Counted from the first letter of the stretch, positions 1 to 11,970 are shown. The stretch: 38,061 bases of DNA from Octopus bimaculoides (GCF_001194135.2 NC_068982.1:17732800-17770860), one strand, 5' to 3'. The notes: generated by a model from the letters alone, not told the origin. Numbers and translations are program-made.

Positions 1-29
1 GTTTTGCTTTTTCTCAGTTCTCAGTAATA

Positions 30-1239
30 TTAGGTTGTCAAGAAAGTTCATGCGGTTTTTAACCTTTAAATTCAGATGCACATATCTCGGCTCAAACAAA
101 ACTTTATTAATCGAAATAAACACAATCAGAATCAACACATTTTTGCCTACGCGAAACAAGTTTATTTATGCCAGTAGCGTAAAAATCCTGCGTTCTGGTG
201 TCAATGAAGTCGTTGAAGGCGTGTTTGGCATCGTCTTGGTTTTTTTGAAGCATTATTCACGCAGGAAGTTGTCGAAATGCTAGAAAAAGTGGTAGTTGGT
301 AGGCGAGAGGTCTGGTGAGTATGACGGATGAGGCAGAGTTTCGTAGCCCAATTCGTTCAACTTCTGCAGGGGTAGTTGTGTAACGTGCGGCCGAGCGTCG
401 TCGTGGAGAAGAATTGGTCTTTTCTATTGACCAATGCTGGCTGTTGTTGTCGGGGTTTCTCATGCAATTCATCCATTTGCTGACAGTACTTCTCCGCCGT
501 AATGATTTCGCCTGGATCCAAAATGCTGTGATGGATGAGACCGGCCGCAGACCACCAAACAGTCACCATAGAGCTTCGTCGGCATCCAACTACTGAGCTG
601 AGCGTCGCCGGTTGTCGTAAAGAATCCACTTTTCATCGCAAATCACAATCCGGTCGAGAAACGGGTCGTTCTTGTTGCGTAAAAGAAGGGAAGACGAGAC
701 TTCAAAACGGCGTTTCCTTTGGTTTTCGTTCAATTCCTGCGGCACCCGTTTCTCAAGTATTTTAGTTTTTCAAATCTCTTTCAAGTGGTTGGAAATTGTC
801 GTATACGTTACGTCTAATTCAGAAGCAAGCTCTCGAACAGTTGTGCGTGGATTGGCTTCGACTAAGGCTCTTAGTTGATCGTTGTCAACATCCGATTACG
901 CTCATCATCTTCAAGACTCTCGTCACCGCTACGAAATTTCTTGAACCACCATTGTGCTGTACGTTCATTAGTCGTTCCTGGGCCAAGCAGCTTTTCGGCC
1001 TAGCTTGAACTGGAATAAAAAATATTGTGCGAATTTCCTTTTTGTCCATGTTGTATTCAACGTTCCGGAAAAAATGGCCTAATTATTCAAAAAGAAAAAG
1101 AGTAACACGATTAGATAGAACGAAAAACGGGCTTTAAAATGGTATATAAAGTCAAAGTAATTTAACGAAAATTAATTTGAAAATACATCATTTAAAACCA
1201 AAATAAAAAAATTCCGTAAGTACTTTCTTGACAACCTAA
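30..1239 (-). mobile_element. Full-length but decayed mariner DNA transposon (Hsmar1/cecropia-like), both TIRs and TA TSD present
   Basis: Exact 18-bp TIR TTAGGTTGTCAAGAAAGT at 30-47, with its reverse complement at 1222-1239; TA at 28-29 and 1240-1241. Length 1210 bp, about the usual mariner size. Confidence 0.95.
107..1049 (-). pseudogene. Mariner transposase pseudogene (stops, frameshifts, small deletion)
   Basis: Manual translation gives MDKKEIRTIFLFQFKLGRKAA, KRVPQEL (WVPHEL variant), RIVICDEKWILYDN, VTVWWSAAGLIH, HPSYSPDLSPTNYHFF* and the C-terminus GINKLVSRRQKCVDSDCVYFD*. ORF-track 357..629 is part of it. Confidence 0.93.
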
Positions 1240-1448
1240 TACTATCTGATGCTAACGAATATATTCTTAACCAAATTATAGGACTTAATAAACCGTTAAA
1301 TTATTCACACATCCACATGTTTTTTTAACTTCTCCATTAAACTCTTAGTTTTTTTACATTTAAACTTGATTGCATATAAATTCTTTATCTTTCCCGTGCT
1401 TTTTATTACAGATTGATTACAACCCACATGCAGACATTCCTATTGTCT

Positions 1449-1564
1449 TTCTTCTTCTTCTTCTTCTTCTTCTTCTTCTTCTTCTTCTTCTTCTTCTTCT
1501 TCTTCTTCTTCTTCTTCTTCTTCTTCTTCTTCTTCTTCTTCTTCTTCTTCTTCTTCTTCTTCTT
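1449..1564. repeat. (TTC)n microsatellite running into an assembly gap
   Basis: Pure TTC repeat up to the N-run that starts at 1565. Confidence 0.98.
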
Positions 1565-2305
1565 NNNNNNNNNNNNNNNNNNNNNNNNNNNNNNNNNNNN
1601 NNNNNNNNNNNNNNNNNNNNNNNNNNNNNNNNNNNNNNNNNNNNNNNNNNNNNNNNNNNNNNNNNNNNNNNNNNNNNNNNNNNNNNNNNNNNNNNNNNNN
1701 NNNNNNNNNNNNNNNNNNNNNNNNNNNNNNNNNNNNNNNNNNNNNNNNNNNNNNNNNNNNNNNNNNNNNNNNNNNNNNNNNNNNNNNNNNNNNNNNNNNN
1801 NNNNNNNNNNNNNNNNNNNNNNNNNNNNNNNNNNNNNNNNNNNNNNNNNNNNNNNNNNNNNNNNNNNNNNNNNNNNNNNNNNNNNNNNNNNNNNNNNNNN
1901 NNNNNNNNNNNNNNNNNNNNNNNNNNNNNNNNNNNNNNNNNNNNNNNNNNNNNNNNNNNNNNNNNNNNNNNNNNNNNNNNNNNNNNNNNNNNNNNNNNNN
2001 NNNNNNNNNNNNNNNNNNNNNNNNNNNNNNNNNNNNNNNNNNNNNNNNNNNNNNNNNNNNNNNNNNNNNNNNNNNNNNNNNNNNNNNNNNNNNNNNNNNN
2101 NNNNNNNNNNNNNNNNNNNNNNNNNNNNNNNNNNNNNNNNNNNNNNNNNNNNNNNNNNNNNNNNNNNNNNNNNNNNNNNNNNNNNNNNNNNNNNNNNNNN
2201 NNNNNNNNNNNNNNNNNNNNNNNNNNNNNNNNNNNNNNNNNNNNNNNNNNNNNNNNNNNNNNNNNNNNNNNNNNNNNNNNNNNNNNNNNNNNNNNNNNNN
2301 NNNNN

Positions 2306-2306
<1 letters not shown>
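1565..2306. other. Assembly gap (N-run). Other gaps: 8672-8681, 10004-10189, 16849-16858, 18376-18880, 21944-21984, 32246-32388, 33110-33638, 35729-36354, 37205-37279
   Basis: Runs of N, nearly all bounded by TTC, CA, TA, TG or CT microsatellites (the 8672 gap is followed by poly-A), typical of short-read scaffolding. Confidence 0.99.

Positions 2307-2358
<52 letters not shown>
2307..2358. repeat. (AC)n microsatellite
   Basis: Pure AC repeat after the gap. Confidence 0.98.
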
Positions 2359-2361
<3 letters not shown>

Positions 2362-2499
2362 CAGTCTCAGTATTAACATTCATCCATTGTACGATGAGTT
2401 TGACGACATGACTTTCTATGTATCCACTATTTCCTTATCAAGGTATTTTCATGCAAGAATCAACGTAAAAGTCGTTGGGAGAGAATGCGAAGAAGAATC

Positions 2500-2640
2500 C
2501 ACTTCAGGAATTAACCAGTACTTTATTTAAGGACCCCGTAAAGATGAAAGTTAAGGTTGATCTGGACGGGATTCGAGCTCAACGTACAGCGAGCAGTTAA
2601 GCATTCGATTCGCTGTTCTAAAGACTCTGGCGATTCTTTG
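2500..2640 (-). mobile_element. Degenerate tRNA-derived SINE, family A (Meta/MESC-like core)
   Basis: Minus strand reads GAGCTCGAATCCC (B-box-like), then AACTTTCATCTTTACGGGGTCCTTAAATAAAGTACTGG, matching the family A core seen at 13272 and 22937. Confidence 0.6.
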
Positions 2641-2704
2641 CTTCTCTCTCTCAATATCTTTCTCTCTTCCCTTACATATATGATATACTCTACGATAATA
2701 TATA

Positions 2705-2753
<49 letters not shown>

Positions 2754-3879
2754 ATATAGTCACACATTTATATATAAAACAAATATATGTATGAATGTAT
2801 GAGTGGGTATGTGTGTGTATCATATACATGTATGTATGTATGTATGTATGTACGTATGTATGTATGTACGTATATTCACGCCACGTACCCATCTCTATAA
2901 CCCTTTGATCTAAGATGCCGCCAAACTAAATCCAGTAACAGTTAGATGGTTCAAGTAGATATCTTAATAATAGTTATTTTAATTTTATTTACGTCCTTTT
3001 AGCTGTTATTTTTTTTTAATTTCTGTTTGTTTTTACTCCTGCTTACTTTCTCTCTCTCTCTCTTTCTCTTTCGTTATATCTCTTTGTCTGTATATCTGTT
3101 TGTATGTGTGTGTTTGGCAGTTCGTCCAGATCTGAAGCCGACATTAAAACGCCATTAGAGATATATGCGTACCGTAATTACATTATTACGACTTAGTTGC
3201 AGTGAAATGGAAAGCGAAGATAATATAATAAACGAATACACAAAGTAATAAAGAAATAAATAACAAATGAAACAGAGAACGTGAGAAAAATAGATAAATA
3301 AATATTACAAAAGGAAAGTTAAAAAAATGAGAAAAAATTAGTAAAACAAATGCAACAATAGACAAAGAGATAATATATCCGAAAAGGAATTTGAAACAAA
3401 ATAATACGTTCTAAAAATATATAAAATATACAATATCAAAACTCCTCTACAAACAACAATAATAATTAAGAAAAAAAAACGCATAAGGAATATACAATAA
3501 AATATGACATCTGGTCGCAAAAATCGGTCTGTAATTACTGGATATGTTAATGAAAGATTTGTTATATTTCTATTGTATTAAATGGTCTAACATCGATAAG
3601 ATCTGTGAACAGACAGCAAGAGGCAGAAATAAAAGTTACTGTAAGGAATGGTTTCAGTCTTTGGAAATTTGTTATTTCTTTTTATTTAATTTTTTTTTTG
3701 TATTTCTTATTTTTACCTTTTTTTATTACTGTTTTTTTTTTGTTTTCTTTTGTTCTTTGTATTTCTTTGGAACGGAGATAAGAATCTGCCCGGTAATACA
3801 TTTGTCTCATTAGTAACACTTATTCACTAAAATTAATAAGAAAAATAGAACACATCATTACAACACGAATCCCAGTACC

Positions 3880-4010
3880 ACCAGCAGCAGCAGCAGCAGC
3901 AGCACCACCACCACCACACCACCACACCACCATTGCTGCCGCCGCCGCCGACAACAACAATAACGACGGCAACAACATCAACTATAACATCGACGATGAC
4001 AACAACAACA
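3880..4010. repeat. Compound trinucleotide low-complexity tract (CAG/CAC/GCC/AAC/GAC)
   Basis: Successive short CAG, CAC, GCC and AAC runs. Confidence 0.85.
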
Positions 4011-5520
4011 AAAATAAGAACACATTAGGACAAAACAATAAGAGGAGACAAAATTTAATTACAAAAATCATATCCAAGACTATTATGGAAATAATTATTT
4101 TAGTGTTGGTTGTTTTCGTATAACATTGCACTCATTAACCCCGACAAATAATTTCGTAATGTGAAACAAAACAGAACATGCTTTTGCACTAAGGTAAACC
4201 AAATGAACACATGGAAGCATGCAGCCACGAACACAACCGAACGCGAGGACGCAGACACAGCACAGAGATGCAAATGATAGCTGAGATATTTATCAGAGCA
4301 AGTGGTGAAAAAATCGGAAACCGCTGGATTAGATAACTTCTTCTCGGTATCTAAACTGTCTAACTGGGTATTTTGTCTCGTTTAGAAATAACAAAATACA
4401 TAAAAGCGAACCAAGTAAATTTATTATGTTGCGAAGGAAAAGAAGAGTTACTGTCGTTAGCAACAATTTTTCTTCTACAGGACTGATAGGAAGAGAAGGG
4501 GAGAAACAGATTAATTGGATAACAAAAAATATTTTTATCACTTACAGAGAAATAGCAGTTTGTGGCAGAGGAGAGCGTGTTGGCAATTGCGTTTATGTCG
4601 ATCTTGCACCTAAGGAATTATGTACATGAACGTGAATATATGTGTGTGTGTGTGTGAACCTTTTGTGTGTGTATGTGTGTGTGAGTGTGCGTGTGGAATA
4701 GATGTGTGTGAGTAGTTAGAGAAGGCGTGATGGAGGTTGTTAAAAATCCACCGATATCAATATATGTACTTTTGTTACTCTGGTCTTCGTGAATTGTGTC
4801 CACAGACTTTAAAGCTCCCCTCCAGCTGATCTCGGAGAGCCTGTGACGTATTAATGTTCCTCCTGAAATAGATAGCTGTAGAAAAAGGCGTGTACAAGGC
4901 GGGAATTCGTAGGGATAACAATTTTGGGGAATAAAGGTTAGATACGATAGTTCGTGCGAGACCTGTAAGGTTGGGCTCAATATGGGTGGTAAGAAGAAGA
5001 GAAATAAGTGAGCTGCTAGTGCCTGAGCAGAAATGGTTAAAGACCAACTATCTAATGAGGGAGAGAGGTTACGGTAACACAGACAGAAACGGCAGAGATA
5101 AAGAGAGAACTTTGTGGGCAGGAATATGTTTGGAGTATGTTTGCCAGCGACTTCATAGCAATCAGTGTTTGCTTGTGTGCATAGCTTAAATATATAGCTT
5201 ATAAGTTTAGACTGAAAAATTGTTTTGTAGTTCTATCAGTTTATGTCTAAAATCTCTGTTAAATAGTCGTCTCACTTACAAACTTTCCATCTGTGCATCG
5301 TAGATTATGAATCTACTGTTCGTGTTGCCATCGATCAAGTTTATCCTTGATTTCTCATCTACACATCGACAATGTTGCTGAGATTAACTGTATAGAAAAA
5401 AAACAGCAACAACGCTATGTGTTCTTATTGTCCTCTTAATGTTATCTATATTGCTTGGAATATTAAATATTAGATACTGCTGCTAGTTTTAGCAAAGGAA
5501 ATTTCCGTGCATCTTTATCT

Positions 5521-5592
<72 letters not shown>
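5521..5592. repeat. (TAC)24 microsatellite at the 5' edge of a LINE fragment
   Basis: Pure TAC repeat. Confidence 0.97.
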
Positions 5593-5596
<4 letters not shown>

Positions 5597-5597
<1 letters not shown>

Positions 5598-6870
5598 TGC
5601 TGATGTTGACCAAACAACAACTGATCAAAGGTTGAGGAATTCAGTACTGAAAGTAGAAACTGAAGGCTTTGCACTGTCGGTACAAAACCAAAGCTTGTTT
5701 ACCAGAAAGTACTTGGAACATGTCCAAAGAAACAGTGCTGACCTAAAATTCAGATTCTGCAACACATTTGATTAAACAATAGACCATTTTGTTTCGGGCT
5801 GTCCTGTCCAAACGAATATAAAAATTGCCACCATTGATAGGACAATTCTTACATTGGAAAAAATGTAAGCACTACCAAATTGACTCGCCTGCTAACTCAT
5901 TTGAACATTATCCCGAGTCAGTGGTTTCAGGCAAAAATGTCACTATCGTCTGGGATTTTCCGGTCAAAAACTGACACAAGAATCTAGGCTAATCTACCAG
6001 ACATAATTGTCAAAGAGGTGAAAGATAATACTTGTAAACTGATAGATGTAAGTGTCCCCAATAATAAAATATATATCTGTCAAATACTTTTACAAGCTTA
6101 GTAAATATAAAGATCAGGAAGTTGAAATACAAAAGATGTGACATCTTAAAACAAAAAAAGTGTCCTTGTTATTGTAGAACCCTTGGTATGATAGAAAAAA
6201 AGGATGTCAGAAACATCTTGATAACATTCCAGAAGAACCATATCTTAAAGTTGTTGTATATTGTCAACTCAATGTGACAATCCCAATAAGGGAATATACT
6301 ACTGCTGTTTAGCCCTAGGAAGCTGGACCGCTTCCTGTCGGCCTTGACACAATTACTGTGTCCTTATGTTTGCGAGGGGGAGACAAACTCCTCCACCCAG
6401 CCCAGTCAGCATTCAGAAACATGTCCCTGAATGCTGACTGGGCTGGGTGGAGGAGTTTGTCTCCCCCTCGCAAACATAAGGACACAGTAATTGTGTCAAG
6501 GCCGACAGGAAGCGATCCAGCTTCCTAGGGCTAAACAGCAGTAGTATATTCCCTTATTGGGATTGTCACATTGAGTTGACAATATACAACAACTTTATCA
6601 CATCACTACTGCTTAACTCTCTCTGAGAGATTTAGAAATATGATATTTCATATCTTAAAGAAATCCAAGAAATTTTGTTGACAAGTTTGCTTACCTCCTT
6701 AGAAAAACCCTACCAATTTAAACATTTGTGTTGTATTGTATAATATGAATGTATTTCTGTACAGCCCTCCCCATGCTTTCAGTCATATCTCTTAACCATC
6801 ACGTGGCTCAGGGCGCTGGGTGAGACCCGACAAGTGATTACATCAGTAACACAGATTAAAAGAAGAAAAA
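5597..6870 (+). mobile_element. 5'-truncated non-LTR retrotransposon, RLE type (R4/Dong-like): C-terminal ORF remnant plus 3' UTR, interrupted by the 6251-6660 insertion
   Basis: Piecewise translation gives LKVETEGFALSVQNQSLFTRKY, a zinc-knuckle remnant FRFCNTFD*TIDHFVSGCPV, VTIVWDFPV, the RLE motif NLPDIIVK..CKLIDVSVP, KLSKYKDQEVEIQKM and KHLDNIPEEPYLK|EIQEILLTS. Multiple stops and frameshifts. Confidence 0.85.
6246..6597. repeat. Near-perfect 352-bp palindrome (171-bp arms, 1 mismatch, 10-nt spacer)
   Basis: 6246-6416 is the reverse complement of 6427-6597 except C6328/A6515; spacer AAACATGTCC. Flanking direct repeat CATATCTTAAAG at 6239-6250 and 6649-6660. Confidence 0.97.
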
Positions 6871-7320
6871 ATAATAAAGAAGACTTACCGGTTAATTGAA
6901 AAGTATGGAAATATATAAGGATAACAAGAAACCTTCTGAAAATCATGAAATATTATCCAGAAAGCGTTAGTATTGAGTACTATAAGCATTAAAATATAAT
7001 AAAATAATTTATATTGTATTGTACTTCAGTTCAATACAGCTACTGCAATACGCTTAATTACACAATTAAGAGATCGCAATATATCAATTGTATAGCTGAG
7101 CCGCTTTTTGTTGTATTCATTAAAAGACACAAAAAAAAACAAAGAAAAAAAAACACATCAACTTCAAAGTCTGATCTTCATCAATATAATTAACATCAGA
7201 ATCTTCATTATTATCACATTCATCGTCATGGTCGTTGCCATGGTGAACATCGCTATCATCGTTGCCACCGTCGTTGCTAGTATGCCCATCGTCACCTCAC
7301 CGTTGCTACCACCGTCCGCC

Positions 7321-7412
7321 ACCTTCCGCCGCCTTCCGCCGCCTTCCGCCGCCTTCCGCCGCCTTCCGCCGCCTTCCGCCGCCTTCCGCCGCCTTCCGCC
7401 GCCTTCCGCCGC
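7321..7412. repeat. GC-rich 10-bp minisatellite (GCCTTCCGCC), about 9 units
   Basis: Eight perfect units at 7331-7410 plus one variant at 7321-7330, inside a trinucleotide low-complexity tract (about 7200-7460). Confidence 0.97.
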
Positions 7413-7973
7413 AGTCCACCACAACCACTACCAGCGACAACTACAACTGCATTATCTGCAATAATTTGACACAAACTCACGGTCTTTCAAGTAGCGTGGC
7501 CTGTAGAGTATCTACTCGATTTTGTAAGCATTACGATCGTTGATTACACGTAATAATAATAAAAAGAATGAAAGACAGAAGAAAGAAAGAAAGAAATGGG
7601 AAAAGGAAATTAAGAGAATGAAAGAAAAACGAGAGAAAAAATTGGTTGTTGTGGTCTTGCGATAGTTCTGTATAGATTGAACTGACCTGTAATCAGCGCT
7701 GTTCCATCAGCGATGTGGCTGCGTGTAAGACTTCATCGTCGAATATGTCGAACCTCGGTGCTAGATTTAGTTTCTATTTCTAGCAGGTTGAGTGACCACA
7801 TATGTTACCCCGGCTTTTGTTGAAATCGACATCGTTTACTGTTTTACATATCAAACTAACAGGAAACCAATTTTCCTTATGTTTTTAGTAAGAACGCGAT
7901 CGATACAATATTTAAACATCAAAAGAAATTAATGTGACAGAAGATCGATACACACAAACACACACACAGAAAA

Positions 7974-8025
<52 letters not shown>

Positions 8026-8197
8026 ACACACAATTTACGATATTTATACTATCTCAATATCTGAAAGGAAAACGAAAATGCTATAATTTTATATAAGTGT
8101 GAATATTTATATTGATGTCCATGTAGGAATAAATGTTCGAAAGTGTGCGTCAGTTATCCAGTCTATACTCTTTATTGTAATATTCCGCTGAATGTCT

Positions 8198-8312
8198 AAG
8201 GCGGCGAGCTCGCAGAATCGTTAGTACCAGTTGCATACTGAGTCGATCTAATCGACTGGTCACCTCCGCCCAAAATTTCGGGCCTTGTGTCTAGAGTAGA
8301 AATATTTCGGTG
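8198..8312 (+). mobile_element. Family A SINE with a large internal deletion and an approximately 19-bp TSD
   Basis: Head GGCGGCGAGCTCGCAGAATCGTTAG is fused directly to TACCAGTTGCATACTG...GGGCCTTGTGTCTAGAGTAGAAA. Flanks AATATTCCGCTGAATGTCT (8179-8197) and AATATTCCGGTGAATGTCT (8313-8331). Confidence 0.8.
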
Positions 8313-8474
8313 AATATTCCGGTGAATGTCTGTATTGTAGATGTAGAGTCCTAGAATAAAAGATCAGGAAGCTGCAGATGAAACCAGTACGTAGACTCCA
8401 CATCAACTGTTCCAAACTTGTTGTCAACGGACTTCTACTGGGTTTTAACAAAAGGTATTATTAGGGATCCGTGA

Positions 8475-8670
8475 GCTGTGCTTGGGCGTTTCAAAATACT
8501 GCCGTGTGAAATGTGTAGTTGCACTGTTAGCCAAAGTTTTTCACTTTGTTGGTTGCATTGTGATATTTATTCCGCTTCCTTACGATCTATGTTCTGTTCC
8601 GCCTTGTCTTTCATCCTTTCACAGTCGATAAAATAAGGTACCAGTCAATTTCTGCGGATAATCTAATTAA
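8475..8670 (+). mobile_element. Old degenerate family A SINE
   Basis: Core-like TTGTCTTTCATCCTTTCACAGTCGATAAAATAAGGTACCAG at about 8604-8644. Confidence 0.5.
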
Positions 8671-9779
8671 TNNNNNNNNNNAAAAAAAAAAAAAAAAAAA
8701 AAAAGAATTTCTAGCATTGCCCTAATGTAAGGAATTACTATATTTTGAGTTCGAATACTTTCATCCGTTCGTGATCGAAAAATAAAGGCCCAATCATATA
8801 CCGGGATCGATGACATAAGTTAACTCATTCCCTTCTACATTTCAAATTTTGAAACTGTGCTAGAAACAATTATTTAGTTTATTGTCAGTTTATAACATCA
8901 GCTTATTGAGTACAAAGACCTTTGAATATCCCGGGATCCTTGTGAGTAAAAGATTAGGTACCACCACCCAAAACTCCCTGAAATCACCCTCACCCAACGA
9001 ATTTACCTTAAGCCACCCAATCATGCCTCATTGTTATAGAAATAGATAAATTCGACACCAAGGTCCGCGGTTCTATACATATGAAGAAAAATAAACGGTA
9101 TAGTCAAAGCTAGAACGTCTTTGATTCTGAGGTTCCTCAATCAGAGTAGACATACGGTCGAATAACAACAGTATGTTAAGCAAAGACATGTTGGGTGAGA
9201 AATTCTGGGCATAATCTTCACGAACAAAAAGGTTGGATATTCATGACTGGAATGCCTTTAAACAATCGGAGATTTGATTGATCAAAGCAAATTTGGAGAT
9301 AAAAAATATCAACATTAACAATAACAAGGTTGTGATTGAATATTCATATTTCAGTTATATAGTTGTGTTTAAAAAAACATATTACTCACCCTGTTGTTCT
9401 CAGCTGACAATTGAAAACGGGATTCATGGGTTGTTAGGTGTGAAGCTCCTCTCTCTCTTCCTCTGGCTAAAATGTTCTAAAGTAAAACCTAAAATATATA
9501 ACAGTTCGACATGTAATTGTCTAAGTCCAAAATTGCAGGTCACACTTTTACTTGAATTTTGCGGAGAGGAAGAGACCAGAACCTTTGAGACTTTGATTAC
9601 AATGTTTTATATTTTTATGAAGATCCACTAGGACCATCTTATGAATTGCTTTGAGGTAAAAGTTTTCAGTGAATAAATGTTTAGGGACAACTTGAAGATT
9701 GTTAACCTCATTTTAATGTAGAAAATGTTGTGACTACAGTTAAATATAGTGAATTCTTGTAATCAAATTTATCTTAGAG

Positions 9780-10760
9780 CAGTGTTTCTCAACCTTTTTA
9801 CCCTTACCTAACCCTTAAAATAAATGACATGTCTCAAGGAACTCTTGCACAAAAAAATTATATACCATATTCTTCACACATCTTTTTGATTGTAGTTCAC
9901 GTGATAAATAAATATCATACATACATACATAGATACATAGATACATGCATGCATACATACATACATATATATATATATACATACATATATATATATATAC
10001 ATANNNNNNNNNNNNNNNNNNNNNNNNNNNNNNNNNNNNNNNNNNNNNNNNNNNNNNNNNNNNNNNNNNNNNNNNNNNNNNNNNNNNNNNNNNNNNNNNN
10101 NNNNNNNNNNNNNNNNNNNNNNNNNNNNNNNNNNNNNNNNNNNNNNNNNNNNNNNNNNNNNNNNNNNNNNNNNNNNNNNNNNNNNNNNNATAATATCGAA
10201 GGGAAATAGAAATATTAGAAATTTCTACCACCAGTAGCCTAGTGTGTAAAAATTTAGTCCATAGACTATATATTTTTCTTCATATAAATACAGTGTACAT
10301 TTAAACACATAAAAGGTATCCATCATAGGAATCCCTCACGCTAGAAAGAATAGCTAAGTTTCAAACCACTATTAGGGATAAAATTTCGAAAGGAATGAAA
10401 AATAAAAACATTTACCATCTAGTTCCTGAATCAATTGGTTTTTGACTTATTTTAGCAAATAAAATAATTTGCTAGGTGAAGTCTTCGTCAGCTGGTGCAC
10501 CCAGATCAAACATATATACACGAGTATATATGTGTATATATATATGGTTGTTATATATATGTGTAAATATATATGGTTGTTATATTTTTTTCATAACATA
10601 ATAAGATAGGATGATGTCTATATTACAATATTATGATAACCAATATAGTAATATTACGTTCTTGAAATTAGCATTAGCTTATCTTACTCTTTCTCGCGGA
10701 ACCCCAAGGAGCCCTTTGCGGAACCCTAGTGTTCCAGGGAACTACGGTTCAGAAACGCTG
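9780..10760. mobile_element. Non-autonomous hAT (Charlie-like) DNA element, with an internal gap and microsatellites
   Basis: Left end CAGTGTTTCTCAACC; right-end reverse complement CAGCGTTTCTGAACC (13/15 match). The 8-bp flanks TCTTAGAG and CCTTAAGG match only 5/8. Subterminal GCGGAACCCC/GCGGAACCCT repeats. Confidence 0.6.
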
Positions 10761-11849
10761 CCTTAAGGAAAATAAATTCGAGCAATGTCGTGTACTATTA
10801 TAGAAATAATTCATTCATGGGTTTTTCTCGTATTAAACAATATTTTACTCGAACACTTAAAATTCAATGCAATATACTTTTCCATTTCATTATATGTTTA
10901 ACATCCTAATACACACAGACACACACACACATGCATATACATTTATATTCATGTATGTATGTGTGTGTGTGTGTGCGTTTGTGTTTTATTGAATAAGAGT
11001 AACCTAAACAAAGAGCAGTTGGTCCCGGTCTAAAACTTCAGTTTCTGAAATGCGAAACAAAAAAGAGGTAAATACCATCTTTGACTGGATGTTGGTAACT
11101 TGGTTCTATGCATTTGGCAGACAGAATCACTTTCCAGAATTAAAGCCAACATTCGGTCGAATAGTTTAGGAAATAATAGTAGAGAACCTAGGAAATATTT
11201 TATGGTAAACAATATGAATCGTAAACAATGAGTTTATATCAATAATCTTTGATGTTAAAAATTGTCTTTATTCTGAACGATACATATTTCGTGACTCAAT
11301 GTTTTATTTATCAAAGTAGATACACCTCAACTCTATTAAGCTTCAAATATACCAAGGCAATATTTACTTTCTCACATATTTTTTGTTATCACAAAAGAAT
11401 ATAACACAAAAATTACATTATCAATGCAATCCAAAAAGTAAACATATGACGAATAAATGTGTTTTAAAATTTATTTATACCACTATGAAACATTTGACTT
11501 GTGTAATATTTGCGTTATGGCACAGAATAAATTAAAAAAAAACAATAACAAAGAGAATGATGATTATTTGTAGCGATGTTCATATATTGCTTTTATTTAA
11601 ATAGTATTTTTAAAAGCTTGAAACAAAAGCTCAGGAATATACAGACGCACATTTGCACACGTGCATACATATACATTAGCGCACAAGCATGCGAACAGAC
11701 ACATGTACAAACGTTGGCATTATTCCCTTGTGTTACTTAAGGAAAACAAAACAAAACAAAAAAACATCCATTTCCCTTGGCTGAATTTTATCAAATATAC
11801 TATCAGATGTAAGAAGCATGACGATGTTTTTGCCCTGAGGGATTTTCTT

Positions 11850-11850
<1 letters not shown>

Positions 11851-11885
<35 letters not shown>

Positions 11886-11914
11886 CTTACCTACCTACCT
11901 ACCTACCTACCTAC

Positions 11915-11968
<54 letters not shown>

Positions 11969-11970
11969 GT
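11851..11970. repeat. Compound (CTAT)n/(CTAC)n tetranucleotide microsatellite
   Basis: Direct reading. Confidence 0.95.

Noticed and set aside
1370-2530. Long ORFs spanning N-runs (also 9815-10231, 18287-19063, 32932-33719, 35602-36456, 36845-37695)
   Set aside because: They are open only because Ns and microsatellites contain no stop codons.
4268-4275. Octamer ATGCAAAT motifs (also near 19073, 23345, 31888)
   Set aside because: Expected by chance in AT-rich DNA and not linked to an snRNA promoter or the U6 pseudogene.
6427-6530. Reading LNADWAGWRSLSPPRKHKDTVIVSRPTGSDPAS* as a LINE C-terminus in the palindrome arm
   Set aside because: Suggestive but too short to assign to a clade without a search; it is kept only as a hypothesis in the palindrome finding.
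7108-7543. Pro/Ala/Arg-rich ORFs (AAFRRLPPPS repeats)
   Set aside because: They are produced by the 10-bp minisatellite and open in several frames on both strands; there is no splice or homology support.
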